This document shows positions 9,738 to 18,462 of a stretch of DNA of 33,272 nt, piece by piece. Origin of the DNA: an uncultured Methanosarcinales archaeon (GTDB taxonomy: Archaea > Nanobdellota > Nanobdellia > Woesearchaeales > CAYVYK01); assembly GCA_964455675.1 (NCBI GenBank), contig CAYVYK010000006.1, positions 80,356-113,627 on the forward strand, given 5' to 3'. The notes beneath the pieces were generated by a model. The model did no database searches and had not been told where the DNA came from. It saw only the letters and a list, made by a program, of their open reading frames with translations. Every line of letters begins with the position of its first letter. Position 1 is the first letter of the stretch. Position numbers and translations under genes: made by a program.

Positions 9738-10087
9738 CCATTCTTACCAACGTACAATTCACTTGACTTCTCTCCGTCACGAATGACTGTGACAACGAAA
9801 CCATCAAGCGCAGAATTGACTCTCGTCAACGGAACGATTGAAGAGACGGACTTCACCGCGGTGTTACCACCAATGGCTCGGACGGCATCCGCACTATACG
9901 TGAGACATCCACCGACAAAGAGCAGGGCAGAAGCGCCAATCGCTAGCGGTTTCACCCAGCGCCGTCTATGATAAGGTTGCGCTGCATAACTAAGCGGGTT
10001 ACCTTGGATTCCATTATCGCCGCTGATACTTGTATCACTGCCTTGACTCTTACCAACAGATTCCTCTAACGGGCTCTCAGGTGTCAT
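9710..10087 (-). CDS. Hypothetical single-TM protein
   Basis: 125-aa ORF with TM segment after RRRW; BRE/TATA GAAAGGTTTATATA upstream. Confidence 0.65.
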   Translation of the reverse strand: MTPESPLEESVGKSQGSDTSISGDNGIQGNPLSYAAQPYHRRRWVKPLAIGASALLFVGGCLTYSADAVRAIGGNTAVKSVSSIVPLTRVNSALDGFVVTVIRDGEKSSELYVGKNGQWEYGSNR

Positions 10088-10110
10088 ACTCTCAGTATTG
10101 ATGCTACTAG

Positions 10111-10153
10111 TATATAAACCTTTCGTTATTGTAGCTACTAACTAATAGTAACA
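10111..10153 (-). promoter_or_regulatory. BRE/TATA promoter plus upstream element resembling 16841-16883
   Basis: Minus-strand GAAAGGTTTATATA about 24 nt before ATG; 30/43 ungapped identity to 16841-16883. Confidence 0.55.
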
Positions 10154-10245
10154 CGTAGCAGTAACAATTCGCAATAACATAATACAAACAGACCTATTCC
10201 AATTACTCCGATACATTTAAGAACCCATTATCATCAAATTATCGC

Positions 10246-10833
10246 ATGGCTCGACAAGCTACTCGATCAGAAACTGTTCAAAAAACTATGAATGTGTTTG
10301 CTATCCTGTCACTTGTCTTTGCGTTCGTATTTCCGATTCTTGGATTAATCTTCGGCATTGTGGCGCTCGTCCAGCTACGGGAAAGCCACGAGAGCGGGAA
10401 AGGCATGGCCATTGCAGGCATAGTCATCAGCGGCGTTTTCATGATCATCATCCCTATCATTATCATCGCGCTCATCGGAGCGATTGGCGTTGCACTTTTT
10501 GCAAGCACTGTGCTACCACTAGTATTCGAAGGGCAGTGCATGATGCCACATGGCATCATCTGCGTTGCCACAGAACCTTCACTGGACGGAATGATTGGCA
10601 TAACCCTGCAGAACACGAATGAACTCATGATGAATGTGCGAACACAACTTGACGGCATGCCATGCAGTCCATCAGGAGTACAATGGCTAACCGGAGAAGA
10701 GGTGACATTCTCCTGTCCAGCACGAGAAGGGCAAAGCCACGGCCTACGAGCGAGGCAATTCTCAATAAGTTATATTGACACGGGAGGCATGCGTGTTCAG
10801 ACCGAAGGCAGGATCACTCAGCCGATTTCTTGA
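10246..10833 (+). CDS. DUF4190 membrane protein with C-terminal Cys-containing extracellular domain
   Basis: AILSLV...GLIFGIVAL..Q...ESGKGMAIAGIVI is the DUF4190 signature. Confidence 0.85.
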   Translation: MARQATRSETVQKTMNVFAILSLVFAFVFPILGLIFGIVALVQLRESHESGKGMAIAGIVISGVFMIIIPIIIIALIGAIGVALFASTVLPLVFEGQCMMPHGIICVATEPSLDGMIGITLQNTNELMMNVRTQLDGMPCSPSGVQWLTGEEVTFSCPAREGQSHGLRARQFSISYIDTGGMRVQTEGRITQPIS

Positions 10834-11179
10834 CACCACCTATCTTCCATAGTATGATTGCAGCAACATAGTTGGCCACCACAAGAATGACACTATACCC
10901 TGTAATCCCAACCATTCCGAGGAAATAAAGCAGAATCCCATCGGTTGCTAGTAGAATACACATACTGACGAATGTCTTAATACCCCAATGGTAATGCCCA
11001 AGACGAGCAGCCATGATCAGAGCTGGCAGAAGATAGAGGATGAAAAGTTTTACCCCCGTCCACAAGTAGAAGAAGAAATTCTCACGGAAAAAGAGCGCAA
11101 ACATCGCGATATAGACAATCCAGTACGTGATAATAATCGTCCTTGCGGCTACCCATGTACTACGTTTCACAAGGCTCAC
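10814..11179 (-). CDS. Four-TM hypothetical membrane protein
   Basis: Four hydrophobic segments; overlaps the end of the upstream co-oriented gene. Confidence 0.7.
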   Translation of the reverse strand: MSLVKRSTWVAARTIIITYWIVYIAMFALFFRENFFFYLWTGVKLFILYLLPALIMAARLGHYHWGIKTFVSMCILLATDGILLYFLGMVGITGYSVILVVANYVAAIILWKIGGVKKSAE

Positions 11180-12830
11180 CTGGAAAATTATTTATGAGCA
11201 CGGCAGGTCCATCATCCATATCCAAATACCTAAAATGACCGCTCATGATGCTTGCGTTTGCGAATCGATCCCAGTATGTCGTGTCATTCAGCTGATTGAA
11301 CAATACAATCGTGATTGCGTCAAAATCACACAGCGACGCTTCCGTGAGATCGGCAACATCCTGAAACTCTTGTGAAGACGAAAAGTGAATCCAGCCCTGA
11401 CGCGTGTCGCCTGTACGCTCGAGCAGGGGAATAATCTTGAATACCGAGGAGTTGCCAATCTTGACCCGCTCATAATTTTCCTGATCCTCCATATCGAGGA
11501 CGAAAGGCGGCCTATTGATCAGCCAGAGCAGCCGTAAGGGAGGGGCTTTATCTGTCACCACAAGCACACGGGCATCCTTGGGCAGATCCTCTTTGAGATC
11601 AAGCAGCCAGTTCATGTATGACTCGGGCAGAAGCGGATTACCCTTGAAGATCATTGTGTTGAACTGCGCGACAAAAACGAGGAGGAGCAGAACCGAAAGA
11701 ACTGCAGTCACCATGAATTGTACGCGTTCGTACTTCTCACAGATCATATGGATAATCAGGAACACGACGAGCGCAAAAAATATGGAGGAAAAAATCGGCC
11801 AGTACAATCTCACGTCGTAAAACCTTGTGTACCCAAGATGAATCCCAAACCCAAGGAAAAACAGGAGGAAAAACGGGAGAAATTCAGGAACCGCTTCCTT
11901 ATGCGATACGAGCCAATACACTGCCAGAAGGACTCCAAGCCAGATCACATACCAGTACGGTCCAAAATGCACTGAGAACGGATAACTGTAGATGTCAGCA
12001 GTCTCGTATGACACTATGCGAGGAATAAGCGAACCCACCTTATCGTGCCATGAATGGATAAAGATAATCAGGTAGTCAATGCTAGCGAGGATACCTGCAA
12101 GAAAACTCAGCACGAATCCTCCCGCTTGACGGAACGACATCTTCTTAAATATCAGAGATGCAAGGATATACAGAGCACCACAGAGTGCCAAGTATACTAA
12201 CTCAGGGGTGTGGGTGAGCGCGATCGCAGCGACGATTATACCAAATAGGACGTATCCAAGGAGGCTGCGTTCATGGTACAACACGTAAAATGCAAGCGAG
12301 AGAAAAAACATTCCGAGCACGAGCAAATGATGACCGTACGCAAAACTTGATGCGAACGGCACGGCTTGAATGATCGCCATGACCGGCAACGATAAAAGGG
12401 CAAGATGCCTGTCAATTCTCCTAATACAAAAGTACCAAATAAGAGGGGTGAGAGCGAATGCCAACCCCACAAGAAGTATCAGTGACGCCCTTGGAGCGAG
12501 ATTCAGCAATCTTGCTTGGAATGCCGCGAGATAATACACCACGGGAGGCTGGGGAGAAACGAGACCTTGCACTCCTCCGCTCAGAACAGGGGGTGTTTGG
12601 TCGAGGACTCCGTGCGAGGTGATGTACTCAACGTATGCAAGATGCCAAAACGCATCCTGCGAGAGGTACACATACAGCTCCTTTGGATGAAGCGAATAAT
12701 GCTGAGCTTGTGGAACGTTTGAGAAGAACAGTAAAGCGACGGAGAATACGACGATGCATAGCTCGATTATGCCCTCATACTTTTTTAAAAAACCCAGCTG
12801 ATCTCCCAACTTTCCCAAAATAGACCCCAT
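11160..12830 (-). CDS. Multi-pass membrane protein, probable GT-C fold glycosyltransferase-like
   Basis: About 12 TM segments; QDAFWH and PQPP in first external loop; ALTH motif; C-terminal soluble domain (LPKDARVLV). Confidence 0.6.
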   Translation of the reverse strand: MGSILGKLGDQLGFLKKYEGIIELCIVVFSVALLFFSNVPQAQHYSLHPKELYVYLSQDAFWHLAYVEYITSHGVLDQTPPVLSGGVQGLVSPQPPVVYYLAAFQARLLNLAPRASLILLVGLAFALTPLIWYFCIRRIDRHLALLSLPVMAIIQAVPFASSFAYGHHLLVLGMFFLSLAFYVLYHERSLLGYVLFGIIVAAIALTHTPELVYLALCGALYILASLIFKKMSFRQAGGFVLSFLAGILASIDYLIIFIHSWHDKVGSLIPRIVSYETADIYSYPFSVHFGPYWYVIWLGVLLAVYWLVSHKEAVPEFLPFFLLFFLGFGIHLGYTRFYDVRLYWPIFSSIFFALVVFLIIHMICEKYERVQFMVTAVLSVLLLLVFVAQFNTMIFKGNPLLPESYMNWLLDLKEDLPKDARVLVVTDKAPPLRLLWLINRPPFVLDMEDQENYERVKIGNSSVFKIIPLLERTGDTRQGWIHFSSSQEFQDVADLTEASLCDFDAITIVLFNQLNDTTYWDRFANASIMSGHFRYLDMDDGPAVLINNFPGEPCET

Positions 12831-12973
12831 GCATCAGGAACAATCTTCACGGTCTTAAAAAAACTTGCGGGAAACGATGCGCAGGAAACAAAAATTCTCC
12901 GCTAATTTTACGTAGTGCACTACCCGTATCTTTTTATACACCACTGCATTACCCTCCATAGGGGGTGAAACTC

Positions 12974-13342
12974 ATGCGGACCGAACATCCAATGAGGGGT
13001 GCATATGAAGTACTCTTTGAAGCGTATACCCGCGCACTTCGGCCACTTTTTCTTGATGGAAGCCCAGAGCAGCGTGCGGCTATCGCAACTGGCCTAGATG
13101 ACATCCTTGACCAATCCAAACACTCAGGCACTGCACAAGCAGAACGGGCAAGAACTCGGTTTGGACGACTACGAGCGTGGGACAAACGAGTCGCAGAAGG
13201 ACTCAGCCGTAATCAGTTAGCAGAACAGCTCGGCATCCATCCGTCGACGATAACACGGTACGAAAACGGGAACGGAAGTCCGCTCTGTGGCTCAGAACAG
13301 GGGTCGCGCTACCTATCCTGGTACCGACACAGGCAAAAGTGA
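12974..13342 (+). CDS. XRE/Cro-type HTH protein
   Basis: GLSRNQLAEQLGIHPSTITRYENG; GGGGTGA RBS before ATG 12974. Confidence 0.85.
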   Translation: MRTEHPMRGAYEVLFEAYTRALRPLFLDGSPEQRAAIATGLDDILDQSKHSGTAQAERARTRFGRLRAWDKRVAEGLSRNQLAEQLGIHPSTITRYENGNGSPLCGSEQGSRYLSWYRHRQK

Positions 13343-14202
13343 GAGCGGAAACATTAATATTTTACAGATCACCTCTGGACCTTATGCAAGAGGCCACGCA
13401 AGTGCAAATACCAAGACCTCCAAGCACTCTCTCCGTTGAGGAGGAACAGGGCGACGCAACACTTGCCCTACCGCTTTTTGTTCAGCCCCAAATCCGACGC
13501 GTAGAACAAGACACCTACAAAAATCGGGTGATTGTTGTAGGCCCATACTCAAGCCTCAATACCTTTATCGAGTACCAGATTCCGATACTCTCCGAGAAAA
13601 CATATGTTGACGTGGTGCGTGATGTTGAACAGGATACACCGCCATACATTGATGTGAATATACGAGAAAGAACTCAACCTCGTCCGCGGTTACTGATCGA
13701 CTTTGGTTATCTCCTTGGCCCATGCGATCGTGAGCATTACGGTGACAGGATTCTGGAACGAATATTACTGCTGCAACGAGCGCTCGAAACCTACCTCAAA
13801 TCTCCGCCAAAGCGTCAGGGTGATAACGACATATTCCAAGAAACAGAATCAATCCCTGCGGCGGAAAGCATCCCGCGGATCCTTGATGATCTGCGCGCAG
13901 CGGTAGAGCCAACTCTTACCAGAGGATATCCTGAGATTGACGAGGATACCCTGTCACGAAAACGCGTCACTGACGCACTGCCATTCCAGGGATATCGTTC
14001 ATACGGGGAAGGCAATTCGTGGTGCGTTGCGATTCCAACACCTGATCTTGATGAATGGCTGCGAGCCAACAGAGCATATGACGATGAGGGAAACCTTCTC
14101 CATAGAAAACTTAACTTCAGTCCCCTAAAATCAGAACTGATCAGAGACCTTGAATCTATTCTCCACAAGGGAAGAGGCAAGAGACTGCTCAAGGTCGCAT
14201 GA
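13339..14202 (+). CDS. Hypothetical protein (start may be 13384)
   Basis: 287-aa ORF; GTGA overlap with the HTH gene; no family recognised. Confidence 0.75.
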   Translation: MRAETLIFYRSPLDLMQEATQVQIPRPPSTLSVEEEQGDATLALPLFVQPQIRRVEQDTYKNRVIVVGPYSSLNTFIEYQIPILSEKTYVDVVRDVEQDTPPYIDVNIRERTQPRPRLLIDFGYLLGPCDREHYGDRILERILLLQRALETYLKSPPKRQGDNDIFQETESIPAAESIPRILDDLRAAVEPTLTRGYPEIDEDTLSRKRVTDALPFQGYRSYGEGNSWCVAIPTPDLDEWLRANRAYDDEGNLLHRKLNFSPLKSELIRDLESILHKGRGKRLLKVA

Positions 14203-14234
14203 AGCACCGATGATGCACTAGCATATCCACCTCT

Positions 14235-14360
14235 TTATGATCCTTGCTTCTTGAGGTCGCACTTGATCAAGTCCATGATATCGGCTGACTCGCATTCTGG
14301 GTCAATAGGCTCTCCCTTGTATCGGCAGACGCCCTGTTTACAATGTACTTCTTTTGTCAT
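14235..14360 (-). CDS. Small Cys-rich hypothetical protein (41 aa)
   Basis: MTKEVHCKQGVCRYKGEPIDPECESADIMDLIKCDLKKQGS*; TTTTTAAT TATA-like element upstream. Confidence 0.5.
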   Translation of the reverse strand: MTKEVHCKQGVCRYKGEPIDPECESADIMDLIKCDLKKQGS

Positions 14361-14487
14361 GTGCCTTCTGTTGTATCAACAGATTAAAAACTTCATGCTT
14401 AAGGTTTTATCATTATTTTAACCGGAACCTCAAAGTTTATATAGGGGAACGGAAGAAATTGCATTCATCATTTTACGGGGTGCAATA

Positions 14488-16062
14488 ATGAAAAGAACTA
14501 TTGCTATAATGCTAGTATTGGCTGTGCTCCTCTACGGATGCGGCGTGAAAACGCCGACAGGAAACGTGGTTGGAACCAGCAATCCAGATGCAGTCAATGT
14601 TGAATTCTATGTCATGAGCCAATGCCCATACGGGACGCAGGTTGTTGATGCATTTGCGCCCGTCAAAGAACAACTCGGCGCAGCGGTCAATTTCCAGATT
14701 GATTACATCGCAAATGACAACGGCAACGGAAAGTTCTCAAGCTTACATGGCGAAAATGAAGTGCAAGGAGATATCGTTCAGCTTTGCGCCGCAAAATACG
14801 AACCGGACAAATATCTCAAGATGATCACATGCCAGGATGAGAATGCACAAGCGATCCCCGGCAACTGGGAATCATGCGCGAAGAGCAACGGTCTTGACGA
14901 GGAAAAAATCCGAGCCTGCTTTACGGGTGAAGAAGGAAAACAATTGCTCTCGGCATCAATCGTGAAATCCATGGCAGTCAATGCACAAGGCAGCCCCACA
15001 ATCTATATCGGAGGCGAGCAATACAGCGGCGGCAGGAAGTCAAGCGACTTCTTGCGAGCGGTTTGCAATAAGCTCATAGGAGAAAAACCAGAAGCATGCA
15101 GCAGCATCCCAGAACCAAAAACGATCAATGTCATTTACCTTAATGATAAGAGATGCGCAGAGTGCGACATAAGCCAGCTCACAGGCCAGCTTAGAAGCGT
15201 ATTTCCCGGAATCAAAGCCACAGAACTCGACTACAATACAGCGGAAGGAAAGAAACTGTACGATGAGACAAAACTCAAGTTCCTCCCTGCCGTGCTATTT
15301 GACAATACCGTCAAGGAAGATGAGTCATACTCCAACATCCAGTCATACCTTGTTCCTGCAGGGAGTTATCTATCACTACGCATCGGAGCATCATTTGATC
15401 CAACAGCAGAAATCTGTGATAATGGCATTGATGATACTTCTGATGGAAAGGTAGATTGCGCAGATGCCACATGCACATCATCTATGGTTTGCAGGGAAGA
15501 GAAACCAGGCAATGTTCAGGTCTTCATCATGAGTGACTGCCCCTACGGAAGGAAGGCGATCGAGGCGCTCAAAGAGAACGTTGACAATTTCGGAAGCAAG
15601 ATGACGTATGAAGTCCACTACATCGCTAGCGAGGACGGAGACGGATTCCAGAGCCTGCACGGACAGTATGAAGTCGATGAGGATATCGTGCAGCTATGCG
15701 TGAAAAAACATAGCCCAGGAAGCTCCCTTGACTATCTGTACTGCAGATCCACCAAAGGAGTGCGCGGGGTTGACTGGAAAGGCTGCGCGGAAGAAACAGG
15801 CGTAAACACTGACGCAGTGCAAGCGTGCTTTGATGGAAACGAAGGAAAGGACCTCCTACGCGAAGACATCAAGATCTCGAACGCACTCATGATCGGCGCA
15901 TCCCCAACGTGGCTTGCGAACAACAAGTACACTTTCTCAGGGATCGATGCAGAGACCGTGAAGCAGCAGTTCTGCGCTCGCAACACTGGCCTTGCCGGAT
16001 GCGAGAACGCACTCAGCACGGCTTCAGCGACCGGCGCGGTGCCTAGCGGTGCATGCGGCTAA
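14488..16062 (+). CDS. Lipoprotein with duplicated GILT/DsbA-like thioredoxin-fold domains
   Basis: Lipobox LYGC; two copies of (FY/FI)xMSxCPYG...SLHG..EV..DIVQLC...SPT; central CAEC; EICDNGIDD...DCAD..C motif. Confidence 0.8.
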   Translation: MKRTIAIMLVLAVLLYGCGVKTPTGNVVGTSNPDAVNVEFYVMSQCPYGTQVVDAFAPVKEQLGAAVNFQIDYIANDNGNGKFSSLHGENEVQGDIVQLCAAKYEPDKYLKMITCQDENAQAIPGNWESCAKSNGLDEEKIRACFTGEEGKQLLSASIVKSMAVNAQGSPTIYIGGEQYSGGRKSSDFLRAVCNKLIGEKPEACSSIPEPKTINVIYLNDKRCAECDISQLTGQLRSVFPGIKATELDYNTAEGKKLYDETKLKFLPAVLFDNTVKEDESYSNIQSYLVPAGSYLSLRIGASFDPTAEICDNGIDDTSDGKVDCADATCTSSMVCREEKPGNVQVFIMSDCPYGRKAIEALKENVDNFGSKMTYEVHYIASEDGDGFQSLHGQYEVDEDIVQLCVKKHSPGSSLDYLYCRSTKGVRGVDWKGCAEETGVNTDAVQACFDGNEGKDLLREDIKISNALMIGASPTWLANNKYTFSGIDAETVKQQFCARNTGLAGCENALSTASATGAVPSGACG

Positions 16063-16074
16063 GGGCTGCATTAT

Positions 16075-16125
16075 ATTTTTCATTTCTTTTTTTGTCATTT
16101 CTTGTATTCCTTTTCCATCTTATTA
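16075..16125 (+). terminator. T-rich archaeal-type terminator region
   Basis: Several oligo-T tracts immediately after the stop at 16062. Confidence 0.45.
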
Positions 16126-16228
16126 TTGATCTTGTAACAAAACACATGAGAATCGGGCGCTTTGGCAAGGACTTGTTCGGATAACTTATGATGAGAAGAG
16201 ACGAAAAAAAAGAACGTAAGAATGGCGC

Positions 16229-16804
16229 TTAGCCGGGCAACAGTGGGCGTGCGATCTCGATTTTTGCATACCTAAAGGATTGGTATTCTGCTCTTTTATC
16301 CGGTGGTACATCCGATGCATTTTTTGAGTCCATGCCATCTTTCCTGATAACATGCCAAAACTCATCATCCACCATAACACCTTCCACTGCTTTTCCACGC
16401 AGCGTTCTCACTTCAGTTGGAGATGCGTCGGCCACAGGCACTTGCTCGCCATTTGACGGATCAATCGCATACATTCTGACCGTGGGCACCATCACACGGT
16501 CTTCCAGATAATCTCTCATGGGAGACAAAGGATCAACCACTACTCCATTCACTCGTACACAATACCCGCCCTCAAGCTCTCTGCCAATTATTTCAAGGAT
16601 TGGTTTTGTATGGGGTGCGCTACGTCGCATGTACGATTCACCTAAAATTGTTACTGGCTGTGCTAATGCATAGCGGATAGCATCATCAACACTTCCCTGC
16701 TGGACGACTGGAAGATCTGCCTCATCGACTCTCAACGTCAACGTTGGGCTCTTCTCGATTGGACCAATACCAGCTTGTAACACAACTACATTATTAGATG
16801 TCAT
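16229..16804 (-). CDS. Hypothetical protein (191 aa)
   Basis: GAGGTGG RBS and GAAATCTTTATATA promoter upstream; no family recognised. Confidence 0.75.
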   Translation of the reverse strand: MTSNNVVVLQAGIGPIEKSPTLTLRVDEADLPVVQQGSVDDAIRYALAQPVTILGESYMRRSAPHTKPILEIIGRELEGGYCVRVNGVVVDPLSPMRDYLEDRVMVPTVRMYAIDPSNGEQVPVADASPTEVRTLRGKAVEGVMVDDEFWHVIRKDGMDSKNASDVPPDKRAEYQSFRYAKIEIARPLLPG

Positions 16805-16840
16805 TCTTTGCCACCTCTATGAGACTCTCCATATTACTGC

Positions 16841-16883
16841 TATATAAAGATTTCTATACTTTAGTCATTAGTTAGTGGTAACA
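16841..16883 (-). promoter_or_regulatory. BRE/TATA promoter plus upstream element resembling 10111-10153
   Basis: Minus-strand GAAATCTTTATATA; 30/43 identity to 10111-10153. Confidence 0.55.
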
Positions 16884-17030
16884 ATTTGATGTAATTATCG
16901 AAACGATTTGGGTTGGTATGCACTCCATTGCAGATTCAAACGAGATATCTTCCAGGGCACTGCCGATTACGGCTCCTTCTTAAGCACTCTCTTCCTTACC
17001 TTTAAATACTGGTTGATAGTGTTTAATTTC

Positions 17031-18389
17031 ATGCAACCAGAACGCATGACACCAAAGGAAGAGGAGAAACTGAAGAAGAAAGCACGAACGATCAGTGTCA
17101 TGGAGGGATCAGGATACAGTGTCATGGAAGGATTTGGCATGCGGTACATTACGCCGTATGCGCTCGCGCTTGGTTCATCAAAAATCCATATCGGAATCCT
17201 TGGTTCGCTACCAAGCCTGGCGGGAAGCCTGTCGCAACTCTACACCCTACGCCTCATGGAACGCATGCCACGTAGAAAGATCGCGATCTACGGCTCGGGA
17301 TTACAAGCCCTGATGTGGCTCCTTCTCCTTGCAACGGGCATATTCTACTATGTTTTCCACTTTGAGCAGGTCACTCCAATACTCCTCATCATCGTCTACA
17401 CTGCGCTTTTTATCGTCGGAGCGATCATTGGACCAGCGTGGACATCATGGATGAAGGACATCGTTACCGAACACCTTGGAGCATATTTTGGATTTAGAAA
17501 CAGGGTGTGCGGCACGGTTCTTCTCACAAGTGTCATCATCGCAGGATTCATCCTTGATTATTTCACGGAGTCACACATATACCTTGGATTCGTAATCCTC
17601 TTCACAATCGCGTTCCTCGGACGATTCTTCTCAATGCTATCCTTCTATCGGAAGTACGAGCCGCAGTACCGGCACTACCGTGAATACCACACCTTCGGGT
17701 GGTTCGCAGGAAAGATGCGACGAGAACTCTTTGGCAGATTCACCCTCTTTGTTTCACTGATGCTTCTTGCTACCGCGATCGCGGCGCCATTCTTCTCCGT
17801 GTACATGCTTGAAGAGTTAAAATTTCCTTACACAACATACATGATTGTCATCATTAGCTCAACTGTTGGATCCCTTATCTTCATGCCAGCATGGGGAAAA
17901 TTCGCGGACAAATATGGAAACCGGAAGGTCATGATGATCACTGGATTTGGGGTTTCGCTCGTGCCAATACTTTGGCTCGCAGTGCCCCTCCTGCCGCGCC
18001 TCATGCTCGTTCCTTACCTCGTCATGGCAGAGATCTACTCCGGACTGGTCTGGGCTGGATTCAATCTGTCGACGGGCAACTACATCTTCTACTCAGTCCA
18101 ACGTGAACGAGTTCCATGGTATACTGCATTCTTCAATATCATTACGAACGCAGGTGCATTTTTCGGAGCGATCCTTGGCGGTATCCTTGCATCATCGAAC
18201 ATTGCACTCTTTGGACTGACATCACTCCTCCTGATATTCCTCATCAGCGGCGTGGCGCGGCTCGTAGCGTTCCTGCTCACGATCCACACGATCAAGGAAG
18301 TGCAACCGGTTGAAGACTTTGGATTTAAGGAAGCTTTGGATAAATTCCGAGAGATCACGCCAGAGGACATCATCAAAATCCTGCGTTAA
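17031..18389 (+). CDS. MFS transporter
   Basis: About 12 TM segments; motif A WGKFADKYGNRKV; ATG 17031 follows TTTAAATA. Confidence 0.92.
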   Translation: MQPERMTPKEEEKLKKKARTISVMEGSGYSVMEGFGMRYITPYALALGSSKIHIGILGSLPSLAGSLSQLYTLRLMERMPRRKIAIYGSGLQALMWLLLLATGIFYYVFHFEQVTPILLIIVYTALFIVGAIIGPAWTSWMKDIVTEHLGAYFGFRNRVCGTVLLTSVIIAGFILDYFTESHIYLGFVILFTIAFLGRFFSMLSFYRKYEPQYRHYREYHTFGWFAGKMRRELFGRFTLFVSLMLLATAIAAPFFSVYMLEELKFPYTTYMIVIISSTVGSLIFMPAWGKFADKYGNRKVMMITGFGVSLVPILWLAVPLLPRLMLVPYLVMAEIYSGLVWAGFNLSTGNYIFYSVQRERVPWYTAFFNIITNAGAFFGAILGGILASSNIALFGLTSLLLIFLISGVARLVAFLLTIHTIKEVQPVEDFGFKEALDKFREITPEDIIKILR

Positions 18390-18462
18390 ATGAATCATTT
18401 ACGCCCATGAAGCACATCTTTAAATACTCCTTTGACAGGGATAGGTATGTCGTGGTTTATAT

